A program made the translations under genes and the position numbers. Of a stretch of DNA of 64,000 nt, positions 1 through 7,295 are shown piece after piece; the first letter of the stretch is position 1, and every line of letters begins with the position of its first letter. Under the pieces are notes generated by a model. The model was given only the letters and a program-made list of their open reading frames with translations, ran no database searches and had not been told where the DNA came from. The DNA lies in assembly GCA_012799365.1 (NCBI GenBank), contig JAAZLJ010000087.1:393-64392 (forward strand). Reading direction: 5' to 3'. The DNA is from Syntrophomonadaceae bacterium (GTDB lineage Bacteria > Bacillota > Syntrophomonadia > Syntrophomonadales > Syntrophothermaceae).

Positions 1-1
1 G

Positions 2-676
2 GAGGAGTATCGGCAGGAACCAGTAGTTGGGGTGTACATTCGGTGGATAAGGATGCTGGCTATTCTGGGCTCCATCCTGGTGACTCCGGTGTGGATGCTT
101 CTGGCTTTGCATCCCGAACTGCTGCCGGAGTCGCTCAAGTTTATCGGGCCGCAGAAGGTAGGCTATGTGCCGCTGTTCCTCCAGTTCATTCTAGCGGAGA
201 TTGCTATTGACATGGTACGGATGGCGGCCATACATACCCCCAGCCCTATGGCCACCGCTCTGGGGGTGGTGGCCGCATTGCTCATCGGGGATCTGGCGGC
301 CCGAATAGGACTGCTGACCCCGGAGGTTATTCTCTATACTGCGGTGGTAGCGGTGGGGATGTACAGCACACCCAGCTATGAACTGAGTATGGCCAATCGG
401 TTGGTCAGGCTATTGCTATTGGTGATGGTGGGCTTTTTTGGTCTGCCGGGACTGGTGGTTGGCCTGATTGCCGTTTCAGTGCTGCTGGTGTTTACTCGCT
501 CTTTTGGAGTCCCTTACCTGTGGCCCCTGGTTCCGTTCAATTGGTCGGCCTTAAAGGGGATCCTGATTCGGGAACCGGTGGCCATACAGAACTGGCGTCC
601 ACAGGCATTGAAACCGTTGGATTCGCGTCGGCAGCCCGGTCCGGCTTATAAAAAAAGAAAGCAGGATAATGATTAG
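2..676 (+). CDS. spoVAF: GerA/SpoVAF-family spore membrane protein, C-terminal part (5' end outside window)
   Basis: Frame is open from the window edge. The TM-rich C-terminus aligns by eye with the GerAA-like protein at 24888-26429 (shared ...SFGVPYLxPLxP). lysA lies downstream as in the Bacillus spoVA-lysA arrangement. Confidence 0.65.
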   Translation, partial: EEYRQEPVVGVYIRWIRMLAILGSILVTPVWMLLALHPELLPESLKFIGPQKVGYVPLFLQFILAEIAIDMVRMAAIHTPSPMATALGVVAALLIGDLAARIGLLTPEVILYTAVVAVGMYSTPSYELSMANRLVRLLLLVMVGFFGLPGLVVGLIAVSVLLVFTRSFGVPYLWPLVPFNWSALKGILIREPVAIQNWRPQALKPLDSRRQPGPAYKKRKQDND

Positions 677-683
677 CCATAGA

Positions 684-813
684 CTTCGATATGCCCGGCA
701 CTCGCCGAAACATCGTCGGCTTCGGCCGGCGCTCAGGCTCCGCCTTCGATACGCCCGGCACTCGCCGAAACATCGTCGGCTTCGTAATTCGCTCGACTCG
801 GTGAATACTCTCC
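684..813 (+). repeat. Intergenic repeat module D, with internal tandem duplication (41-nt unit at 684-724 and 744-784, 60-bp period)
   Basis: CTTCGATAYGCCCGGCACTCGCCGAAACATCGTCGGCTTCG occurs twice. The same module is seen at 11795-11900 (reverse), 21175-21252 and 55925-56000. Confidence 0.9.
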
Positions 814-857
814 TGGACCGCATATTCAATTTTACTGAGCCAAAGAGAGGGATAAGG

Positions 858-1901
858 ATGAAAACAATTGGGATTCCGCGAGGACTCTTCTTTTACTATT
901 ATTACCCCCTGTGGAGAACATTTTTTGAGAAACTGGGGGTACAGGTGGTAGTCTCCGCTCCTACCAACCGGCGTATCGTGGATCAGGGATTGTTGACGGC
1001 GGTTAACGAGGCCTGCCTGCCGGTCAAAGTGTATTACGGACATGTACTGGATTTGTGCCACAGGGGGGTTGACTATATATTTGCTCCCCGGTTGGTGAGT
1101 GTGGAATATAGAGGATATATCTGCCCTAAATTCATGGGCATTCCGGATATGTTACGAGCCCAGATCCCGGATCTGCCCCCTTTGATTGACATCAAGGTGG
1201 ATCTATCACGTGATGAGCGGCAGTTAGAGCGGGATGTATTTGAACTGGGTAAACTTTTTGGTAGTGACCGTTACAAGGTGAAAGCGGCCTGGGCTGCGGG
1301 GCAGCAAGAGCTGGAGGAATTTCGGCGTATAGCAGCAGTGGGCTTTCCGCTGAATCAGGCAGTAACGATCTGGGAGCGAGCCGGGGAAGCCCCAATGGCT
1401 TCTGGTGATAAGACCAGATTGAATCCTGGTGGGGAAAATATACGGACAGGTGGAGAAGCTTCGGAAGCTACTCCCCGATCTTCAGACTTGACTATTGGGG
1501 TGTTGGGTCATGGCTATTCTCTTTGTGACGCCATGGTCAGCATGGGGTTGGTGCGCAAGTTACAGGAACTGGGGGCACGGGTAGTTACGGCAGAAATGCT
1601 GAAAACTGACGAAGTAGAAGCATATGCCAGCACTCTGCCCAAGCGCATGTTCTGGACTCTGGGTAAGAAGAATATAGGCAGTGCTCTATGGATGGATGAG
1701 GAGCCGGCAGTCGATGGCATCATTTATCTGGCCTGCTTTGGATGTGGGCCTGATTCCCTGGTGGGAGAGATAATTGCCCGTCGGGTGGTTAACACTCCTT
1801 TTATGATGATGATAGTGGATGAACATACCGGAGAAGCGGGAGTGGTAACCAGACTGGAAGCATTTTATGACATGGTGGCAAGGAGGAAAAATGCGGTATG
1901 A
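858..1901 (+). CDS. Acyl-CoA dehydratase activase-related protein (DUF2229-like), subunit 1
   Basis: ATG at 858 follows the RBS AGAGAGGGATAAGG. N-terminus MKTIGIPRGLFFYYYYPLW and motifs ACLPVKV and ACFGCGPDS. The track ORF start at 669 runs through repeat DNA. Confidence 0.75.
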   Translation: MKTIGIPRGLFFYYYYPLWRTFFEKLGVQVVVSAPTNRRIVDQGLLTAVNEACLPVKVYYGHVLDLCHRGVDYIFAPRLVSVEYRGYICPKFMGIPDMLRAQIPDLPPLIDIKVDLSRDERQLERDVFELGKLFGSDRYKVKAAWAAGQQELEEFRRIAAVGFPLNQAVTIWERAGEAPMASGDKTRLNPGGENIRTGGEASEATPRSSDLTIGVLGHGYSLCDAMVSMGLVRKLQELGARVVTAEMLKTDEVEAYASTLPKRMFWTLGKKNIGSALWMDEEPAVDGIIYLACFGCGPDSLVGEIIARRVVNTPFMMMIVDEHTGEAGVVTRLEAFYDMVARRKNAV

Positions 1902-2986
1902 AGGTAACCTTTCCCCATATGGGCCGGGCCTGGATCGCTATCAAATCTCTGTTTGAAGGACTAAATCTGGAGGTAGTGGTGCCTCCGCCTTGTTCCCGGC
2001 GGACATTGGAATTGGGGGTGCGCCACTCTCCTGAATTTGCCTGTTTACCGTTGAAAATTAATGTAGGCAACTTTATCGAGGGGCTGAAGGCCGGGGCTGA
2101 TACCATAGTAACAGCTGGAGGCTGGGGACCGTGCCGTTTTGGGTATTATGCTCAGGTACAGCGGGACATCTTAACCGATTTGGGTTACCAGTTTGATCTA
2201 ATCGTACTGGAAGCACCCGATTCGCGTCTAAGTGAACTGGCGAATCAGGTCAGGGCTCTGGGGGTCAATATTTCCTATGCTGGAATGCTTAGAGCTATTT
2301 ACCGGGCCTGGGAAAAACTAAAAGCAGTCGACGAGTTGGAGGAATCTTTGCGCTATTGCCTGCCCCGGGTTACCCGACCAGCAGAAGCTGAGAAGGTGCT
2401 GCATGAGGGGCTGCAGGCCATCGAAGCAGCGGTTACCGCCAGGGAGATTCGCCAGGCGTTGAAAATGGGACGTTCTCGCCTGGAAGGGCTGCCTTATAAT
2501 CGGGAGCCGGTGGCCAGAATAGGGCTGGTGGGCGAGATATATACTCTGCTGGAGCCATCCAGCAATTGCGAAATAGAAAGAAAATTGGGCTATCTCGGGG
2601 CTGAAGTACATCGAGCGGTTTCCATGCCTCAATGGATTAATGACCATCTGTTGGGCGGCATCCTGCGCGTGGATAGTTCTCAAGAAGCACTGGAGTGTGC
2701 CAGTCCCTATCTGAATGATTGGGTAGGGGGGCATGGGCGGGAGACGGTAGGCTATTCAGTGAAATATGGACGAGAGGGTTTTGACGGGGTTATCCAGATC
2801 GGGCCGCTTACTTGTATGCCGGAAATCGTGGCCCAGGCGGTGCTGGGACAGGTGAGCCAAAAAGAGGGTATACCGGTGATGACCATGTATTTTGATGAGC
2901 AGACGGGGGAGGCCGGCGTGATGACCCGACTGGAGGCTTTTCTGGATATGGTGCAGCGCAGGAAACAGTTCGCGGCTGCCAGGTGA
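1898..2986 (+). CDS. Acyl-CoA dehydratase activase-related protein (DUF2229-like), subunit 2
   Basis: ATGA start/stop overlap with the upstream gene. Paralogous motifs FACLPLKINVG, GPCRFGYY and GPLTCMPE. The C-terminus ...TGEAGVxTRLEAFxDMV is shared with subunit 1. Confidence 0.75.
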   Translation: MKVTFPHMGRAWIAIKSLFEGLNLEVVVPPPCSRRTLELGVRHSPEFACLPLKINVGNFIEGLKAGADTIVTAGGWGPCRFGYYAQVQRDILTDLGYQFDLIVLEAPDSRLSELANQVRALGVNISYAGMLRAIYRAWEKLKAVDELEESLRYCLPRVTRPAEAEKVLHEGLQAIEAAVTAREIRQALKMGRSRLEGLPYNREPVARIGLVGEIYTLLEPSSNCEIERKLGYLGAEVHRAVSMPQWINDHLLGGILRVDSSQEALECASPYLNDWVGGHGRETVGYSVKYGREGFDGVIQIGPLTCMPEIVAQAVLGQVSQKEGIPVMTMYFDEQTGEAGVMTRLEAFLDMVQRRKQFAAAR

Positions 2987-3016
2987 CTTTAACAATACAC
3001 TATCTTTGTTTGAATC

Positions 3017-3078
3017 CACAGATGGACACTGATGTACTGCAGTTGGCGAGTCGAGAAGCGAGCGGTTAATACACTTCT
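3017..3078 (+). repeat. Intergenic repeat fragment (modules A/B)
   Basis: CAGATGGACACTGATGTACTGCAGTTGGCGAG...GCGAGCGGTTAATACAC matches 13938-13990, 19390-19440 and 35405-35455 (reverse). Confidence 0.8.
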
Positions 3079-3119
3079 GGGAGAGGGAAATATCGGGGGG
3101 GTGAAAGGGGTCAGGTAAG

Positions 3120-4103
3120 GTGAAATATTATCTGGGAGTAGATATCGGTTCGGTCAGCAGTAATTTTGTACTCACCAATCCGAGAGGTGAGGTGGTAGAG
3201 GCCATTTACCTGAGGACTATGGGAAACCCGGTGCAAGCGGTCAGACAAGGGCTCAGTATGGTAATGAAGAAGTACCCGGAAACGACTATAAGAGGTATTG
3301 GAACTACGGGAAGCGCCCGACGTTTGGCGGCAGTCATCATGGGGGCCGATGTGGTCAAGAATGAGATAACTGCTCACGCAGTAGCGGCGAGCAAGTTTTA
3401 TCCCGAGGTACGGACCGTGGTCGAAATCGGAGGTCAGGATTCCAAAATTATTATCCTGCGTGACGGCATCGTAGTAGATTTTGCCATGAATACAGTGTGC
3501 GCGGCTGGTACTGGTTCATTCTTGGATCAGCAGGCTATGCGCCTGGATATACCCATCGAACATTTCGGCCGTCAGGCGTTAAAATCAAAGCAGTTGGTAA
3601 GAATAGCCGGCCGGTGTGGGGTATTTGCGGAATCGGATATGATACATAAACAGCAGATGGGATATCCGGTAGAGGACATTATCGCCGGTCTGTGTGAAGC
3701 TCTGGCACGCAATTTTTTGAATAATGTGGCCAAAGGCAAGGATATTCAGGAACCGGTAGTTTTTCAGGGTGGTGTAGCTGCCAATATGGGAATGAAGCAG
3801 GCCTTTGAAAAGCTGTTAGGGAAGCCGGTAATGGTGCCGCAGCAGTATCACGTAATGGGTGCTCTGGGTGCTGCCATTCTGGCCTCCGAGTCAATTACCC
3901 ATCGGAAGGGCAGCAGGTTTAAAGGGTGTGGCTTTGTACTGGAGGGCGATTTTACTACTCGGAGTTTTGAGTGTAATGGTTGTCCTAATATGTGCGAGGT
4001 GGTAACCATCAAGCGCGATGAGGAGGTTTTGGCCTATTGGGGTGATCGCTGCCGCCGCTGGGAAGCGTCGCTCACGGAACAGCGCCCGGCTCTGGCCTGG
4101 TGA
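3120..4103 (+). CDS. BadF/BadG/BcrA/BcrD-type ATPase (CoA-substrate-specific enzyme activase, HgdC-like)
   Basis: GTG start. Actin-fold ATPase motifs GVDIGSVSSN, GTTGSARR and EIGGQDSK. Cluster-ligand-like Cys in VCAAGTGSF and GRCGVFAES. C-terminal CNGCPNMC. Confidence 0.85.
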   Translation: MKYYLGVDIGSVSSNFVLTNPRGEVVEAIYLRTMGNPVQAVRQGLSMVMKKYPETTIRGIGTTGSARRLAAVIMGADVVKNEITAHAVAASKFYPEVRTVVEIGGQDSKIIILRDGIVVDFAMNTVCAAGTGSFLDQQAMRLDIPIEHFGRQALKSKQLVRIAGRCGVFAESDMIHKQQMGYPVEDIIAGLCEALARNFLNNVAKGKDIQEPVVFQGGVAANMGMKQAFEKLLGKPVMVPQQYHVMGALGAAILASESITHRKGSRFKGCGFVLEGDFTTRSFECNGCPNMCEVVTIKRDEEVLAYWGDRCRRWEASLTEQRPALAW

Positions 4104-4105
4104 GG

Positions 4106-4125
4106 CGTTATCTGCGGTTTCAAAA
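4106..4125 (-). repeat. Repeat module A core (ATCTGCGGTTTCAA), reverse orientation
   Basis: Exact reverse complement of TTGAAACCGCAGAT at 4110-4123, directly after the activase stop. Confidence 0.8.
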
Positions 4126-4233
4126 ACTATTTCCTTAGCAGTTGTATAACCGAGTTTTGTTTGATAAAATAATGAGCGTTACAATACATCTATATCAGCT
4201 GAGATTAGCTGAGGAGAGGAGAGAGGAGTCAAG

Positions 4234-5595
4234 ATGAGTAAAAACGAACTCACCAAGATCATTCTGCCTGAGGACCGGATTCCGAAATTCTGGTACAATG
4301 TTCAGGCCGACATGCCGAATCCATTGGCACCAGCCCTTAATCCCCAAACCAAAAAGCCGCTTACTGCTGACGATCTATCACCGATATTTCCTATGGGGCT
4401 GATCGAGCAGGAGGTTTCCCAGGAGCGGTATATCGAGATTCCAGAAGAAGTAAGAGAAATATACAAGTTATGGAGACCTTCGCCCCTGTATCGGGCCCGT
4501 CGCCTGGAGAAGGCTCTGGACACCCCCTGCCGTATTTATTATAAATACGAGGGAGTGAGCCCGGTAGGGAGCCATAAGCTAAACAGCGCGCTGCCCCAGG
4601 CTTACTACAATAAAGCCGCGGGGATTAAGCGTCTAACTACGGAAACCGGGGCCGGACAGTGGGGGACGGCGTTGTCACTGGCTTGTAAGATCTTCGGGTT
4701 GGAATGTACTGTTTATATGGTAAAGGTAAGCTATCAGCAGAAACCTTATCGGCGTTCGATTATGGAGACTTATGGAGCCGAGTGTATAGCCAGTCCCAGT
4801 GATACTACGGAAGCCGGGCGCAAGGTATTGGCTGAGACCCCTGATACTCCGGGTACGCTGGCCATAGCTATCAGTGAGGCGGTAGAAGATGCGGTTGGTC
4901 GAGATGATACCAACTATGCTCTGGGTAGTGTTTTAAACCATGTATGTCTGCATCAGACGGTAATTGGCCAGGAGGTTAAGCTGCAGATGGAAATGGTTGA
5001 TGACTATCCGGATATTGTCATCGGCTGTTGTGGAGGCGGGAGCAACTTTGGAGGTATAGCCTTCCCGTTTATTCCAGATAAACTAAAGGGAAGTAAAGTA
5101 AGGTTGATTGGGGTGGAGCCGGGGGCTTGTCCCAGCTTGACCAGGGGAGTTTTTGCCTATGACTACGGTGATGTTGCTGGTTTCACTCCTCTGATGAAAA
5201 TGTATACCCTGGGTCATGATTTTACTCCTCCGGGAATTCATGCTGGAGGACTGCGCTATCATGGTGCGGCTCCATTGTTGAGCCAGCTTTGTCATGACGG
5301 GTTGATTGAGGCCAGAACTGTGCTGCAGAATGACATATTTGAAGCAGCCGTATTGTTCGCTCAGACGGAGGGGATTTTGCCGGCTCCAGAATCTTCGCAT
5401 GCCATCAGGGCCGCCATTGACGAGGCCTTACTGGGTAAGGAAGAAGGAGCAGCCCGTAGTATCGTATTTAATCTGAGTGGTCATGGACATCTTGATTTAA
5501 GTGCCTATGATAACTACCTCAGCGGTAACGTTCAGGATATAGAATTATCTGACCAGGATATTCAGGTTAGTATAAAAAACCTGCCCCAAATATAG
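4234..5595 (+). CDS. trpB: TrpB-like PLP-dependent enzyme (tryptophan synthase beta chain 2, TrpB2 type)
   Basis: Long TrpB2-type N-terminus ([17 protein letters not shown]) and PLP-lysine motif GSHKLNSAL. Stand-alone; no trpA or other trp genes nearby. Confidence 0.85.
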   Translation: MSKNELTKIILPEDRIPKFWYNVQADMPNPLAPALNPQTKKPLTADDLSPIFPMGLIEQEVSQERYIEIPEEVREIYKLWRPSPLYRARRLEKALDTPCRIYYKYEGVSPVGSHKLNSALPQAYYNKAAGIKRLTTETGAGQWGTALSLACKIFGLECTVYMVKVSYQQKPYRRSIMETYGAECIASPSDTTEAGRKVLAETPDTPGTLAIAISEAVEDAVGRDDTNYALGSVLNHVCLHQTVIGQEVKLQMEMVDDYPDIVIGCCGGGSNFGGIAFPFIPDKLKGSKVRLIGVEPGACPSLTRGVFAYDYGDVAGFTPLMKMYTLGHDFTPPGIHAGGLRYHGAAPLLSQLCHDGLIEARTVLQNDIFEAAVLFAQTEGILPAPESSHAIRAAIDEALLGKEEGAARSIVFNLSGHGHLDLSAYDNYLSGNVQDIELSDQDIQVSIKNLPQI

Positions 5596-5613
5596 AAACA
5601 CAACAGACGATAT

Positions 5614-5643
5614 TTGACATAATTTTTGGGCAAATGATAAGAT
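5614..5643 (+). promoter_or_regulatory. Candidate sigma-A promoter (TTGACA, 18 nt, TGaTAAGAT)
   Basis: TTGACA at 5614-5619; TG at 5635-5636 and TAAGAT at 5638-5643. Confidence 0.45.
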
Positions 5644-5672
5644 TCAAGTAATATTTGCATTATGATCTTAAG

Positions 5673-5704
5673 AGGCTATTGATTACAATAGCCTTTCTTT
5701 ATTT
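5673..5704 (+). terminator. Rho-independent terminator-like hairpin between the candidate promoter and lysA
   Basis: AGGCTATTG-ATTA-CAATAGCCT followed by TTTCTTTATTT. Confidence 0.6.
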
Positions 5705-5724
5705 CAGCATAAACAACAGGGAAG

Positions 5725-7080
5725 GTGAACGATTTGCGGTTTACGGGAACCATAAAAGTTAACTCCCGGGGTCACCTGGAAGCAGGCGGAGTCGATGTAC
5801 TTGATCTGGCGCAGGAGTTCGGAACTCCCCTCTATGTCCTGGATGAGGAAGGGTTTCGCGCCAACTGCCGGGCCTTTCGTGAGGTTTTCCAAAAGTACGG
5901 GGATGCGATGGTGCTTTATGCCAGTAAAACCCTGTGCTGCCTGGCGGTGTGCGTCATGGTGGAGGAAGAGGGCCTGGGGCTGGATGTGGTCTCCGGTGGT
6001 GAACTTTACACTGCCTTGAGAGCCAGTTTTCCTCCTGAGCGTATCTATTTTCATGGTAATAATAAGACCCCGACCGAATTAAAAATGGCAGTGGAGTCCA
6101 GCGTGGGTCGGGTAGTAGTGGACAATTTCTATGAGTTGGAGGTACTGGACCGTATTTGCGAACGGTTGGGGAGAAACCAGGAAGTACTGCTGCGGATAAC
6201 CCCGGGGATTGAGGCTCATACTCACGAATACATCAAGACCGGGCAGATAGATTCTAAATTCGGTTTCACCTTGTCCAACGGTGACGCATTAAAAGCGGTA
6301 CAGCAGGTGCTGACCACCCGGAATCTAAAGCTGGTGGGTTTGCACTGTCACATCGGTTCTCAGATTTTTGATATGGAATCGTATGCCCATGCGGCGGGTA
6401 CGATGATGGATTTTATGGCAGAGATTAAGGAGAACACGGGTCTGGAACTGCCGGAGTTAAATCTGGGTGGGGGTTTCGGCATTTACTACTATGCCGGGGA
6501 CGAGCCTCGCTCTCCGGAAGAATGGGCTCGAGCGGTAATGACAACTGTGCAGAAAAAAGCCGGGGAGAAAGGGTTGAAGATGCCCCGGATTATTGTAGAA
6601 CCGGGTCGAGCTATTGCCGGGCCGGCCGGTGTAACTCTGTACACCATTGGCTCGTATAAGGAGATACCGGGGATACGGAAATACATCGCTGTGGACGGGG
6701 GTATGACCGATAATCCACGACCGGCTATGTATGACTCCCAATATGAAGCAGTCATAGCAGATCGGGTGCAGGCTGAGCCGAATGAGCTGGTTTCGGTAGC
6801 GGGTAAGTGCTGTGAATCGGGGGATATGCTGCTCTGGGATATTAATCTGCCGTCTCCCCGACCAGGAGACATTCTGGTTACTCTGGCTACCGGGGCTTAT
6901 AATTATTCCATGGCCAGTAATTATAACCGCATCGGTAAACCGGCTATGGTGTTGGTGAGGGAGGGCAAGGCTGAACTCATAGTCAGGCGTGAATCCTATG
7001 ATGATCTCATCCGTAATGATATTATCCCGGAGCACCTGGCCCGGGGGAAAGTCATAAAAATTGCTGCAGGTAAAAAGTAA
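5725..7080 (+). CDS. lysA: Diaminopimelate decarboxylase
   Basis: GTG start after GGGAAGG. Motifs TPLYVLDE, LYASKT, GGGFG and CESGD. Lies downstream of spoVAF as in Bacillus. Confidence 0.9.
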   Translation: MNDLRFTGTIKVNSRGHLEAGGVDVLDLAQEFGTPLYVLDEEGFRANCRAFREVFQKYGDAMVLYASKTLCCLAVCVMVEEEGLGLDVVSGGELYTALRASFPPERIYFHGNNKTPTELKMAVESSVGRVVVDNFYELEVLDRICERLGRNQEVLLRITPGIEAHTHEYIKTGQIDSKFGFTLSNGDALKAVQQVLTTRNLKLVGLHCHIGSQIFDMESYAHAAGTMMDFMAEIKENTGLELPELNLGGGFGIYYYAGDEPRSPEEWARAVMTTVQKKAGEKGLKMPRIIVEPGRAIAGPAGVTLYTIGSYKEIPGIRKYIAVDGGMTDNPRPAMYDSQYEAVIADRVQAEPNELVSVAGKCCESGDMLLWDINLPSPRPGDILVTLATGAYNYSMASNYNRIGKPAMVLVREGKAELIVRRESYDDLIRNDIIPEHLARGKVIKIAAGKK

Positions 7081-7234
7081 GAAGCCATGCTGTTGGCAGC
7101 AGGAAGCAATCTTTGAACTCTGAATTACGTGGCATACTCGGGGATGGAATTATTAATCTGCGTCAAATATTTATGACTTCGGCGTGGGCTCAACCGTACA
7201 CTATGGGTATGCTTCCTCACCGAGATTGGCCTGA

Positions 7235-7264
7235 TTGAGGGGTTTTACCAGAGTATGGTATAAT
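7235..7264 (+). promoter_or_regulatory. Candidate extended -10 promoter (TTGAGG, 18 nt, TGgTATAAT)
   Basis: TTGAGG at 7235-7240, TG at 7256-7257 and TATAAT at 7259-7264, about 30 nt upstream of the ATG at 7296. Confidence 0.5.
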
Positions 7265-7295
7265 GCGTTTGTGCAGATAAAATGGGGGAGTATAT

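Noticed and set aside
537-1061. Minus-strand ORFs (174 aa and 92 aa) and the N-terminal extension of the 669-1901 ORF across 669-857
   Set aside because: They are composed of repeat module D, giving Arg-rich translations such as RCFGECRAYRRRSLSAGR. The true gene start at 858 has a good RBS and a family-typical N-terminus.
6457-7035. 192-aa and 127-aa minus-strand ORFs inside lysA
   Set aside because: They are antisense to lysA, which carries clear family motifs.
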